From PVC group bacterium (lineage in GTDB: Bacteria > GCA-001730085 > JADFSZ01), in assembly GCA_022560555.1 (NCBI GenBank), contig JADFSZ010000008.1:1-19518 (forward strand): DNA of 19,518 nucleotides. Direction: 5' to 3'. Positions 1 to 8,052 of this stretch are shown in pieces; positions within the stretch are counted from its first letter, which is position 1; each line of letters begins with the position of its first letter. The notes beneath the pieces are model-generated. The model was given only the letters and a program-made list of their open reading frames with translations. It did not search any database and had not been told where the DNA came from. The position numbers were made by a program, and so were the translations under genes.

Positions 1-1
1 G

Positions 2-232
2 ACAATTGAACATAGTCATTGTCAGATATGTGATGAAAGAGGAAGGCGCTTTATCGGTGAGATCACAAAATTCGGAGCCCTCAAACCTGACGAAGTTTGC
101 CTGCACACAGTGGATCACTTTGATCCGTCATTGCCGCTCCAATTTGTTAAGAACGCACATGATTTTAGTTCATTTTGTCCCGGGGTAACGCACATAGCGC
201 ACTTAAAAAAATACCTTGAGGATCTATTGTAA
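2..232 (+). CDS. 3' end (76 codons) of an unidentified protein-coding gene whose 5' part lies outside the window; C-terminal Cys/His-containing region
   Basis: Frame 2 is open from the window edge to TAA at 230-232. It translates to TIEHSHCQICDERGRRFIGEITKFGALKPDEVCLHTVDHFDPSLPLQFVKNAHDFSSFCPGVTHIAHLKKYLEDLL, which has normal protein-like composition. It is absent from the track because it has no in-window start. It competes with track ORF 6..188 (frame 3, TTG start), which looks less protein-like. I do not recognise the family. Confidence 0.5.
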   Translation, partial: TIEHSHCQICDERGRRFIGEITKFGALKPDEVCLHTVDHFDPSLPLQFVKNAHDFSSFCPGVTHIAHLKKYLEDLL

Positions 233-234
233 TC

Positions 235-390
235 ATGCGGACGAGATATTTAATTGTATTTGATGTCATTTTCTTTGTGAGTGTTATTATGGCTTTTATG
301 AAGAATACCAAACTTGGTTTTTTTGCATTGGGAGGATATGTTCTTTTTTTGGTTTTTGCTTTCGTGGTTTTACGTGAAAATAATTCATAA
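235..390 (+). CDS. small hydrophobic protein, 51 aa, two predicted transmembrane helices
   Basis: ATG at 235 lies 2 nt after the upstream stop. GAGGA at 218-222 lies 12 nt upstream. Product is MRTRYLIVFDVIFFVSVIMAFMKNTKLGFFALGGYVLFLVFAFVVLRENNS: two ~18-20 residue hydrophobic segments separated by KNTK, with charged termini. It falls below the apparent size cut-off of the track. Confidence 0.4.
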   Translation: MRTRYLIVFDVIFFVSVIMAFMKNTKLGFFALGGYVLFLVFAFVVLRENNS

Positions 391-430
391 AATATTATGA
401 TGGATCTCAATCGATTGGAAAAGATCGCTG

Positions 431-1321
431 ATGTCAAAGGGGCTCGCCTCAAATTGTAAAGCGGAAAAAATGAAAAATCCTGAAGAGAATACTAAAAAGA
501 AAACATGGCCGGTGAAGGCCTATAATGATGCTGAATTTCTTCATAGTCCGGCCGGCCGTCAAGTGCGGGTTTTGTGTGAATTTGAGGAGCCGAAAAGTCG
601 TTTTAGAAAATATCGAATTAATAATACCATTGTATTTTTTGGCTCGGCAAGGATATTAAGTAAATCCGAATGTCAGAAGAACCTACGGAACCTTAAAAGA
701 AAGACAACATCTTTGCCGAAAATGACCCCAACTATGCAAAAAAAGTTTGAACTTGCCGAACGGGATCTGGTTATGTCGCGGTACTATGAGGAAGCTGTTC
801 AGCTGTCGGCCAAAATCACAAAGTGGTCCCAAAAGATTAAGGATCCTCTCCGAAAATTTTATATTTGCTCCGGTGGCGGCCCCGGGATTATGGAAGCGGC
901 TAATCGTGGTGCCCACTCGGTAGGAGGCAAATCGATCGGGTTGAATATCAGCCTTCCGATGGAGCAAGATCCGAATCCATACCAGACAAGAGATCTGTCT
1001 TTTGAATTTCACTATTTTTTTATCAGGAAATTTTGGTTTTTTTATCTAAGCAAGGCCATGATTGTTTTTCCGGGAGGCTATGGGACCATGGATGAATTCT
1101 TTGAACTTTTGACGCTTGTTCAGACGCAAAAAACAAAAAAACATATGCCGATTATTTTATACGGGAAAAGCTTTTGGAATGAATTGCTGGATTTTGATGC
1201 CATGCAGCGATGGGGTGTCATCAGCCCCGAGGATTTAAAATTATTTAAGGTGGTTGATGATGTTGATACGGCTTTTCGTTATTTGAAAGACGAGCTAACC
1301 GAACATTATTTAAATAAGTAA
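431..1321 (+). CDS. LOG-family (TIGR00730-type, PpnN/YgdH-like) nucleotide 5'-monophosphate nucleosidase
   Basis: Contains the LOG signatures GGGPGIMEAANRGA and PGGYGTMDEFFELL, plus the FGSAR Rossmann start. The start is uncertain: ATG 431 and in-frame ATG 470 (MKNPEE...) both have weak SD sequences. Confidence 0.85.
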   Translation: MSKGLASNCKAEKMKNPEENTKKKTWPVKAYNDAEFLHSPAGRQVRVLCEFEEPKSRFRKYRINNTIVFFGSARILSKSECQKNLRNLKRKTTSLPKMTPTMQKKFELAERDLVMSRYYEEAVQLSAKITKWSQKIKDPLRKFYICSGGGPGIMEAANRGAHSVGGKSIGLNISLPMEQDPNPYQTRDLSFEFHYFFIRKFWFFYLSKAMIVFPGGYGTMDEFFELLTLVQTQKTKKHMPIILYGKSFWNELLDFDAMQRWGVISPEDLKLFKVVDDVDTAFRYLKDELTEHYLNK

Positions 1322-1336
1322 GACTTGAAAACACTA

Positions 1337-4300
1337 TTACGGAGTCGTAATCGAATCACTCGTTTCTTGATTGCCGCTCGCATTATAATTCCACCCGGAC
1401 AATGAAACGTCTGTGACCGTAACAGTGAACACCGATCCGCTTTGAATCCTTCTTACTTTATCCGAATCGAACGTTACACGCCCGTTTGTATCTGTTAAAC
1501 TAACATCAATGTCCGTTGTGCTTTCGGACCAGACGGCCGTAACTTGTGCTCCGGCTATGGGTGTGTTATCAGAATCAACAATTGTTATCTCTGTCCTTGC
1601 GTTAGTATTGGGGCCGCGAGATATTAATTGAAGAGTGATATTGGTAACATGCATCTCCGGTTGGGATCCCGGATCCTGAATAGTCAGTGTTGAGTTGACA
1701 GAATTATTACCGAGATTTGTTTCACCTGTGACGACTTGGGCTTGGGCCACCAGATCGTGGTCGCCTAGCGAAGCTCCGGTTGTATCCCATGTGAAAGTCA
1801 GGAGCCCCGAGGCTCCAGACATGACAACCAACGATTGCGTTCCGATTAAAACAATATCCGTCGAGTCATCAAGATCAACCGTAATCGTTTCATCAAAATC
1901 CCCGGGATTGCTCACAGTTACGTCGATGGTAACGGTGTCTCCCGTGTTGATAGAGCCGGGATGACTGAGGCTTGTGACAGCGACGTCATGGTTTGGAACA
2001 CTCCAGCGCGATTTGAGTTCAGAAAAAACTTGACGAGGTGTGACAACGTTGGTTCCCGATCCGTCATCACTCACAGACGCGATCCCAAACCATTCTTCGG
2101 AAACAAAATTATCCGGATGATTAATGTCAGGATCAAGGATGCGATGTCCTCCAAAATCTTGGACCCCGAGAGATCCGCCGTCGTCCTTCCACCATTCGTC
2201 CGTATATTCAAAGACCGTTCCTCCTGCGGCGACATCCGTGTTGGCCGCGATTTCGTCCCACAGGCCTGTGTCCCAGGCGGCTTGAGCGGCTTCGTCAACA
2301 GAACCGTCACCTGCATATCCTGAGCTATCGATGGTGCTCCAAGCGTCTACGCCGAATTCGGATACCCAGAACAACTTTTGAGTGCGATGACGCACATCAT
2401 CAAACAAATCCCCGAATGTGATGCCTTCATAGACATTCCCGCCCCAGGCGTCCAGATAATCCATATCATCATCGCTTGTCAGAAGTCCATTATCTCCGAC
2501 ATCAAAAATATTTTCTGTTGCGCCTGTGACAGGGTGATAAGAGGCTCCTTCAAGATTGTAGGCGATTTCGGCAAGCTCATTGAGGAGGGAATAATAGACA
2601 GAATCCGAGGCTGTGTTAAATTGGGATTCCGTTTCATTTCCCGGGCTCCACATAAGGACGGCCGGATGATCTTTAAAAGTTGAGACGTAATTAGCAAAAT
2701 CAGCCTTAATGGCATCACGGACAGCCGTGTTTGTAAAATCATCAAACGGATTCATAAAAAATCCCATGACAACATAAACCGGATCAACTCCGCTGTTGTA
2801 ACACGCATCCAAAAATTCCGTCGTTGTCACTTTGCCGTAAGTTCTCAGGGTATTGGCTCCGAGATCACGTAAAATCGGCATGTCGCGATTATAGATATTC
2901 GGCGCGCTGAAGATATCAAATTGTGTGATATGCAAACCGATCGGTAGAGGCTGATAACAAACACCTTTTATTTGAAAGGGACTGCCATCCACGTAAAGTT
3001 GGTTGCCGATAATTTGGACCGGTCCTGTGCTGACAGGTTTGTCAAACGGATTTTTGGCTGGGGGAGTTAGGCCGTTATCGATGACTTCAACAAAGGCATC
3101 ATCATAGTACACGGTTCCCGTTGCTCCGTTTTCGCCAAATTGAACAAAACTAAAAATGGCGGATGTGGTTCCCACGGGTGCCGTGGCTGATACGCTGAAC
3201 AGTTCCCATGCGTCATTTGGTGAAGTTAATTTTGGACTTAAAAACTTATCAATTTCATTGCCCCGATTACTGTTAAATTTGATTTCGAGCCAGGCCTCAG
3301 ACGTATTGGTCATAGGATCATCATTCGTGAAATTAGCCAGATAACCGCTTGCGTTGACCGTATCTCCGTATTTTACCGGAAATTCCTGACTGGTTCCTCC
3401 CCAGCGGGCTGTTTGTCCGAAGAGAGTTTGAGCGTGTGATTGAGAACCGGTACGTGCTTGTGTGATCGATAAAGTGGATGCGGATCCGTCGGTTGGTAAA
3501 AATGATTGATTTCCGCTCCACCTGAACCAGTTAGTCTGAGGAAAGAGGCTGTTTTCGAAACTATTATTTAATATTGCGCCACCGACATCAATAGTGGATG
3601 TGTCCAGTGTGACAAGGCGCGTTTGTATTTCTTCGAAACCGGATCGATCGTGTGTTGTCAGCGTTAATGTGTTTTGTCCGGGAGTCAGGAGAACATAAGC
3701 AATCAAGGAGCCGTTTACGGATAAGTATTCTTTGCCGTTGATGTTGATATAAAGGTCTTCAGGATTCGTGAGAGTAGCTGTCACAAGTCCCGGAGCCGCT
3801 TGATAGATTGTGTTTTCGGGGGGATAGGTGATATCAAACAAACCCGTCTGCTGGTTAGGGTCGTACGTTACAGTAACAGATGTTGAACCGGAATTTCCGG
3901 AAAGGTCCGTGGCCGTGATGGTGATCACATTTGTTCCGACGGACACATTGACGGAATCTCCAAAACCGCCTTCAAAAACATCAAAAGATATTCCGTTCAC
4001 ATCGACTTCAATGATTTCGAGCTCATTGACAGATCCAACAACAGGAAGATTAGGCGAGCTAACAGTACTACCGTCAATTGGGGAAATGATTTCGACAACG
4101 GGGGGAACCGTGTCGGGGGAATAAAAGACGGTAATACTGTCACTGCCAGTGTTTGATGCACTATCGGTCGCCGATGCTGTGATCAAAGTGGAACCTTCAA
4201 TTAAAGAAACTGTTGTTGACCAAGAACCGCTCATGTTGGGTGTAAGCACGCCGTTAACATCAATGTCCGTTACGCTTAAGTCATCAATAGTGCCTGAAAC

Positions 4301-4960
4301 GGTGATTGTGTTTACGGTAAAAAAGCTTAGGTCTGCAGGATCCGTTATAGACACCACAGGAGCTGTTGTGTCGGTCCCAAGTTCAAGACTGGCATCGTCA
4401 AAATAAACGATCCCTGAGCCCCGTCTGTGATCCGTGAATAAAATAAAACTGATACGTGCGGTGGATGCGTTGGCCGGAGAGATTTCAGTTATGGTGTGTT
4501 CGACCCAGTTGCTGGCACCCGTTAGGGGAGTACTTTGGTATGTAACTAATTCAACGCCGGACACATCTAAAAATTTCAATTCAAGGTATGCTTGGGCATT
4601 TTTAATGGGCTTGTTTGTGCTCAAGCTCATCAGCCAGCCCCGTGCTGTTACCAGCTCGTTAGGAGCTATAGCGACATCCTGAGTATATCCTCCCCAACGT
4701 GTTTTGGATCCATAAAGTTCACGGACGGCTGATTGTCCCCCTGTACGGCTCACGCTTGTGCTGATGTATCCGGCAACTCCGTCATTGGGGCTTCCGCTTG
4801 ATGATCCTTGCCATTCAGCCCATGATGAAGGTGGCCATCCAAGATCTTCAAAGCCTGCATTAAGAAGAAGGTTGCTTTCGGCATGGACTGGGGTAAATTG
4901 GATCGAAAGAGTGAACAGAGCCGCGAATATGACACATAGACATCGATAGGGTTTGAGCAT
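1337..4960 (-). CDS. secreted multidomain glycoside hydrolase, 1207 aa. Domain order: signal peptide, CBM-like module, 3 Ig-like repeats, second CBM-like module, clan GH-A (beta/alpha)8 catalytic domain, CARDB domain, C-terminal beta-sandwich
   Basis: AAGGAG SD on the - strand (plus-strand coordinates 4968-4973), 7 nt before the ATG. N-terminus MLKPYRCLCVIFAALFTLSIQFTPVHA|ES fits a type I signal peptide. Two paralogous ~170-aa modules (aa 28-195 and 459-628) share N.(G/S)FE...W..W.G...RTG.QS...RWGG..Q...(L/I)KF...G.G.VY(F/Y)DDA. The catalytic region contains IKGVCYQP, RDLGANTLRTYG, WSPGNETE (putative acid/base E776, 2633-2635) and FWVSEFGVD (putative nucleophile E868, 2357-2359). The CARDB-like segment runs HDVAVTSL...NPGD...GETNLGNNS. 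Confidence 0.9.
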   Translation of the reverse strand: MLKPYRCLCVIFAALFTLSIQFTPVHAESNLLLNAGFEDLGWPPSSWAEWQGSSSGSPNDGVAGYISTSVSRTGGQSAVRELYGSKTRWGGYTQDVAIAPNELVTARGWLMSLSTNKPIKNAQAYLELKFLDVSGVELVTYQSTPLTGASNWVEHTITEISPANASTARISFILFTDHRRGSGIVYFDDASLELGTDTTAPVVSITDPADLSFFTVNTITVSGTIDDLSVTDIDVNGVLTPNMSGSWSTTVSLIEGSTLITASATDSASNTGSDSITVFYSPDTVPPVVEIISPIDGSTVSSPNLPVVGSVNELEIIEVDVNGISFDVFEGGFGDSVNVSVGTNVITITATDLSGNSGSTSVTVTYDPNQQTGLFDITYPPENTIYQAAPGLVTATLTNPEDLYININGKEYLSVNGSLIAYVLLTPGQNTLTLTTHDRSGFEEIQTRLVTLDTSTIDVGGAILNNSFENSLFPQTNWFRWSGNQSFLPTDGSASTLSITQARTGSQSHAQTLFGQTARWGGTSQEFPVKYGDTVNASGYLANFTNDDPMTNTSEAWLEIKFNSNRGNEIDKFLSPKLTSPNDAWELFSVSATAPVGTTSAIFSFVQFGENGATGTVYYDDAFVEVIDNGLTPPAKNPFDKPVSTGPVQIIGNQLYVDGSPFQIKGVCYQPLPIGLHITQFDIFSAPNIYNRDMPILRDLGANTLRTYGKVTTTEFLDACYNSGVDPVYVVMGFFMNPFDDFTNTAVRDAIKADFANYVSTFKDHPAVLMWSPGNETESQFNTASDSVYYSLLNELAEIAYNLEGASYHPVTGATENIFDVGDNGLLTSDDDMDYLDAWGGNVYEGITFGDLFDDVRHRTQKLFWVSEFGVDAWSTIDSSGYAGDGSVDEAAQAAWDTGLWDEIAANTDVAAGGTVFEYTDEWWKDDGGSLGVQDFGGHRILDPDINHPDNFVSEEWFGIASVSDDGSGTNVVTPRQVFSELKSRWSVPNHDVAVTSLSHPGSINTGDTVTIDVTVSNPGDFDETITVDLDDSTDIVLIGTQSLVVMSGASGLLTFTWDTTGASLGDHDLVAQAQVVTGETNLGNNSVNSTLTIQDPGSQPEMHVTNITLQLISRGPNTNARTEITIVDSDNTPIAGAQVTAVWSESTTDIDVSLTDTNGRVTFDSDKVRRIQSGSVFTVTVTDVSLSGWNYNASGNQETSDSITTP

Positions 4961-5040
4961 TGTGCAACTCCTTTGAAATCAATTTTTTATATAGAATTAG
5001 AGAGATGAAAGCGTTTTCAAAAATCATTGAGACCTGTAGT

Positions 5041-5069
5041 TATTTACCACACGATGGGTTCAATGTCAA
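5041..5069 (-). promoter_or_regulatory. candidate sigma70 promoter of the large hydrolase gene
   Basis: The - strand reads TTGACA (5069..5064), 17 nt, then TGgTAAATA (extended -10; -10 hexamer at 5046..5041). This predicts a ~70-nt leader before ATG 4960. Sequence pattern only. Confidence 0.4.
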
Positions 5070-5196
5070 GTACAATAATAAAAATATTTAATAAGTTTTT
5101 AGTAACGAAGTTAAAATAAGCCGTAAGTGTTTTATTTTATGTATATTACCTCAAAAAGACAAAACTCGAGGGGAAAAAGATTTTTATTTAAGGAAT

Positions 5197-6165
5197 TTAC
5201 GTGGGTGCAAAGAGAATTTTTTTACGGGCCGACAAAGGGGTATTCCGGGGCCAGAAAATGTCATTCTCATATCCTTGAATACGCGTGTCATCATTTGCCA
5301 ACTCAAGACGTTTTTCAGTGAGGCAAGCATAGTATTCATTTATTTCAACACTAAAAAAATTTCGACCAAGTTTTTTAGCGACAACAGATGTGGTTCCGGA
5401 TCCCCCAAAGGGATCAAAAACAACTTCCCCCGGGCGGGTGGCGGCCAAGATGATTTTTGCTAAGAGCTTTTCCGGTTTTTGAGTCGGATGATCGGTATTT
5501 TCTGCCATCGACCAATAAGGAATTGTTAGGTCGCACCAGAGGTTTGATGGATGAGTCATACGGAAATTTCCTGCCGGTGTCTTAGTCCAGTCTTTTGGTT
5601 TACCGTTTTCTTTATAGGGAGCGAGTACCGGTTTAAGGGTTTTGACGCTCTCAACGTTGAAGGTAAAATCATCCGTCATGGTGCAAAACCAGATGTCTTC
5701 ACATGCGTTTTTCCAATTGTGATTGGCGCCGCGCCCTTTTTCCCGCTCCCATGTGATTCGATTGATCACCTTTAAATATTTTTGGGCTACCATTTGAATG
5801 GCCGAAGAGCTTCGCCAGTCCGCGCAAATATAGACAGATGCCGTTGGTTTGAGAAGTCGTATTAGCTTTTTCAGCCAAGTATCAACGTACTCTATGTATT
5901 TATCTAAGGAAATTTCCGTAAAAGTGTGGCCGTGAAACGTTTTATTGAGATTATAGGGAGGATCAATAAACATAAGATCAACTGAGGCGGACGGCAGATA
6001 GGGGATGGTCTCAAAAAGATCCTGGCAGATGGTTTGTCTCAAAATTTCTTTTACGGACACCGGACTTCGGAGTCTCAGAAGCCTCTTTTTGTATTCCTTT
6101 TGCTCTTGATCCGATAAAGTTAAGGTGCGATTTCTTGGGGATTTTTGTTTGGGCATTTTTTCCAA
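5197..6165 (-). CDS. site-specific DNA methyltransferase, beta-class N6-adenine/N4-cytosine (N6_N4_Mtase family), solitary
   Basis: Motif IV FIDPPYN precedes motif I VFDPFGGSGTTSVVA, the beta-class order. HPTQKPEKLL is also present. The track start is TTG 6165. ATG 6156 (MPKQKSP...) is an equally plausible start. Confidence 0.9.
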   Translation of the reverse strand: MEKMPKQKSPRNRTLTLSDQEQKEYKKRLLRLRSPVSVKEILRQTICQDLFETIPYLPSASVDLMFIDPPYNLNKTFHGHTFTEISLDKYIEYVDTWLKKLIRLLKPTASVYICADWRSSSAIQMVAQKYLKVINRITWEREKGRGANHNWKNACEDIWFCTMTDDFTFNVESVKTLKPVLAPYKENGKPKDWTKTPAGNFRMTHPSNLWCDLTIPYWSMAENTDHPTQKPEKLLAKIILAATRPGEVVFDPFGGSGTTSVVAKKLGRNFFSVEINEYYACLTEKRLELANDDTRIQGYENDIFWPRNTPLSARKKILFAPT

Positions 6166-6201
6166 AAGGTCAATTTCTTGGATATGACTGAAATAAGATC
6201 T

Positions 6202-6229
6202 ATTATAGGTCTTTCATTGGGAGAATCAA
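6202..6229 (-). promoter_or_regulatory. candidate sigma70 promoter of the methyltransferase gene
   Basis: The - strand reads TTGATT (6229..6224), 16 nt, then a perfect TATAAT (6207..6202), 30-45 nt upstream of the candidate start codons. The -10 box lies inside the imperfect palindrome at 6195-6213. Confidence 0.4.
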
Positions 6230-6251
6230 GGGATGATCTCTAAAAGGTGTT

Positions 6252-6279
6252 TTGACAAATCAGACTTTTCACATAAAAT
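6252..6279 (+). promoter_or_regulatory. candidate sigma70 promoter of gpmA
   Basis: TTGACA (6252-6257), 16 nt, TAAAAT (6274-6279). This sits about 50 nt upstream of the SD-supported ATG at 6331. Confidence 0.5.
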
Positions 6280-6330
6280 ACCTAGGTTGTCCTTAGTGTG
6301 GGATCGAGATTAAAAAACAGGAGTCAAGAA

Positions 6331-7080
6331 ATGATAAAATTGGTTTTGTTGCGGCACGGAGAAAGCACATGGAATAAAGAAAATCGTTTTACGGGCTGGA
6401 AGGATGTGGATTTATCCGATAAAGGGATTAAAGAAGCCCTTGCAGCCGGTCAAGCCCTTAAAAAAGATAAGTTTCATTTTGATGTGGCCTATACATCGCT
6501 TTTGAAGCGGGCTATACGGACCCTTTGGATTACACTTGATGAGATGGATTTGATGTGGATACCTGTTATTCGATCGTGGCACTTGAACGAAAGGCATTAC
6601 GGCGCCCTTCAAGGTTTGAACAAATCTGAAACGGCCGAGAAGTACGGAGAGGAACAAGTTCTCATTTGGCGAAGAAGCTATGATGTTCCTCCGCCAAGTC
6701 TTGAGAAGACAGATAAGAGATATCCGGGGCTGGATCTGCGTTACAGGGATCTTACGGATTCCCAGCTGCCGCAGACGGAGTGTCTCAAGGATACTGTGGA
6801 TAGGTTTTTGCCGTACTGGCATGAAACGATTTGTCCTGATATCAAACAAGGGAAAAAAGTTCTTATCGCGGCCCATGGAAATTCTTTAAGAGCTCTTGTG
6901 ATGCATCTTGATCAAATGACTCCCGAAGAAATCCTGAAACTCAATATCCCGACAGGCCTTCCGCTCGTTTATGAATTGAATGATAATCTTGTCCCGCTCA
7001 AAAAATATTATCTTGGTGATCCTGAAAAAGTTAAAAAGGCCATAGATGCGGTAGCCAATCAGGGAAAAGCTAAGACGTAA
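6331..7080 (+). CDS. gpmA: 2,3-bisphosphoglycerate-dependent phosphoglycerate mutase
   Basis: Contains [20 protein letters not shown] (catalytic His motif), the ERHYG motif and [15 protein letters not shown] at 6319-6323 lies 7 nt before ATG 6331, giving a 249-aa product typical of GpmA. The track's GTG 6298 start adds 11 unsupported residues. Confidence 0.95.
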   Translation: MIKLVLLRHGESTWNKENRFTGWKDVDLSDKGIKEALAAGQALKKDKFHFDVAYTSLLKRAIRTLWITLDEMDLMWIPVIRSWHLNERHYGALQGLNKSETAEKYGEEQVLIWRRSYDVPPPSLEKTDKRYPGLDLRYRDLTDSQLPQTECLKDTVDRFLPYWHETICPDIKQGKKVLIAAHGNSLRALVMHLDQMTPEEILKLNIPTGLPLVYELNDNLVPLKKYYLGDPEKVKKAIDAVANQGKAKT

Positions 7081-7095
7081 TCATTGATCGTTACT

Positions 7096-8052
7096 ATGAA
7101 AGAGATCCCGAATCATATTGGATTAGCCCTTGGAAGCGGAGCGGCTCGCGGAATGGCGCATATTGGCGTCTTAAAAGCTCTGCAGGAAAAAGGAATTAAG
7201 CCGGATTTTATTGCCGGGACAAGCATGGGGGCCGTCGTTGGGGCTTTCTACGCGAAGGATGGGTCGATAGAGGATATTGAAAGTGTTGTCTTGGGGTTAA
7301 ACTGGGCAAAACTGGCAGGTCTTATTGATCCGGGATTTTATTTTTTACGCGAGGGGCTGATCAATGGGTCCCGAATTATTGATACCATTCATGCCGTTCT
7401 CGGGGATGTCACTTTTGAAGAATTGAAGGTTCCTTTTGTGTGCGTGGCAACCAACTTTGAAACGGGAACTGAACGCGTTTTTTCGAAAGGGAAAGTGATT
7501 GATGCTATCAGGGCCAGCATATCAACCCCGGGCCTTTTTGCACCCGTGAAAATTGAGGGGGATTATTACATTGACGGGGGTGTTGTCAATCCATTGCCCA
7601 TATCCGTTGTGAGAAAATATTTTAAAGGACACGTTGTGGCTATTGATGTGAGCCGTGATTTTCAAAAAGTGTATCGTCGAAAGAAGGAAAATTCTCCTCA
7701 AGAGCGAAAGGGCTCGTTTCAACATCCTTATTTAAAAAAAATAAATACTAAGCTCGATGAATTCGTTCAAGAGAACAAAGCTTTTTTAAATCCCATCTTA
7801 GAAAGTGCCGAGAAGATCAAGAATAATATTGAAGAAATGAGAAAGCGTATCACAGATCGTCCTCCGACGGCCATTAGTGTTATCCTAAAAACAATGGTTT
7901 TGATGGAATATCAGATTTCGCAGGCGTCCCTGAGAGACGCGGATATCGTGATTAAACCTGATGTGGATGACATTGATTTACTGGAATTCCATCGGGCCGA
8001 GGAAGCGATTGATGCCGGGGTTAAGTCTATCGAAGCTTTTAGGGCATCATGA
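7096..8052 (+). CDS. patatin-like phospholipase (RssA-like)
   Basis: Oxyanion motif GSGAARG, lipase serine motif GTSMG and the catalytic Asp in YIDGGVVNPLP. The start is either ATG 7096 or TTG 7084 (track); neither has a clear SD. The stop overlaps the next gene's ATG (ATGA at 8049-8052). Confidence 0.85.
   Translation: MKEIPNHIGLALGSGAARGMAHIGVLKALQEKGIKPDFIAGTSMGAVVGAFYAKDGSIEDIESVVLGLNWAKLAGLIDPGFYFLREGLINGSRIIDTIHAVLGDVTFEELKVPFVCVATNFETGTERVFSKGKVIDAIRASISTPGLFAPVKIEGDYYIDGGVVNPLPISVVRKYFKGHVVAIDVSRDFQKVYRRKKENSPQERKGSFQHPYLKKINTKLDEFVQENKAFLNPILESAEKIKNNIEEMRKRITDRPPTAISVILKTMVLMEYQISQASLRDADIVIKPDVDDIDLLEFHRAEEAIDAGVKSIEAFRAS

Noticed and set aside
6-188. Track ORF of 60 aa (TTG start, frame 3) at the window start
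   Set aside because: Frame 2 is open across the same stretch right from the window edge. It gives a more protein-like sequence and ends just before a coupled downstream ORF. The frame-3 product has odd composition and a non-ATG start with no SD.
165-452. 95-aa minus-strand ORF (Lys/Thr-rich)
   Set aside because: It is antisense to three plus-strand coding or start regions. Its composition is low-complexity and basic, as expected from reading an AT-rich hydrophobic ORF backwards. It has no SD.
397-459. 20-codon ORF (MMDLNRLEKIADVKGARLKL) upstream of the LOG gene
   Set aside because: It is too short, has no SD and no distinctive features, and overlaps the candidate LOG start. Chance cannot be excluded.
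431-1321. LOG/SLOG-type protein as part of a nucleotide-signalling defence system
   Set aside because: It has the standard PpnN/TIGR00730 layout with complete catalytic motifs. It is not fused to SIR2, TIR or other effector domains, and its neighbours are not defence-like.
1695-4949. About ten 60-120 aa ORFs on both strands inside the giant hydrolase gene
   Set aside because: All are nested in or antisense to a 1207-aa ORF with strong domain-level evidence. None shows recognisable motifs. Their Ser/Thr/Val/Pro-rich sequences are typical shadow ORFs.
5100-5196. Possible intrinsic terminator after the methyltransferase (CCTCGA...TTGAGG on the - strand)
   Set aside because: The stem is only 6 bp including a G-U pair. 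The loop is 11 nt and no U-tract follows. It is not convincing.
6412-6876. 154-aa minus-strand ORF antisense to gpmA, and similar antisense ORFs in pilB, pilC, pilS, pilR and oppF (for example 19104..19442)
   Set aside because: Each lies fully within a strongly supported gene on the opposite strand and shows no motifs.
7084-8052. Patatin-like phospholipase as a CBASS or other anti-phage defence effector
   Set aside because: No cyclase, sensor, NTPase or other defence component is adjacent. The gene is co-transcribed with gpmA and has the RssA-like housekeeping architecture.
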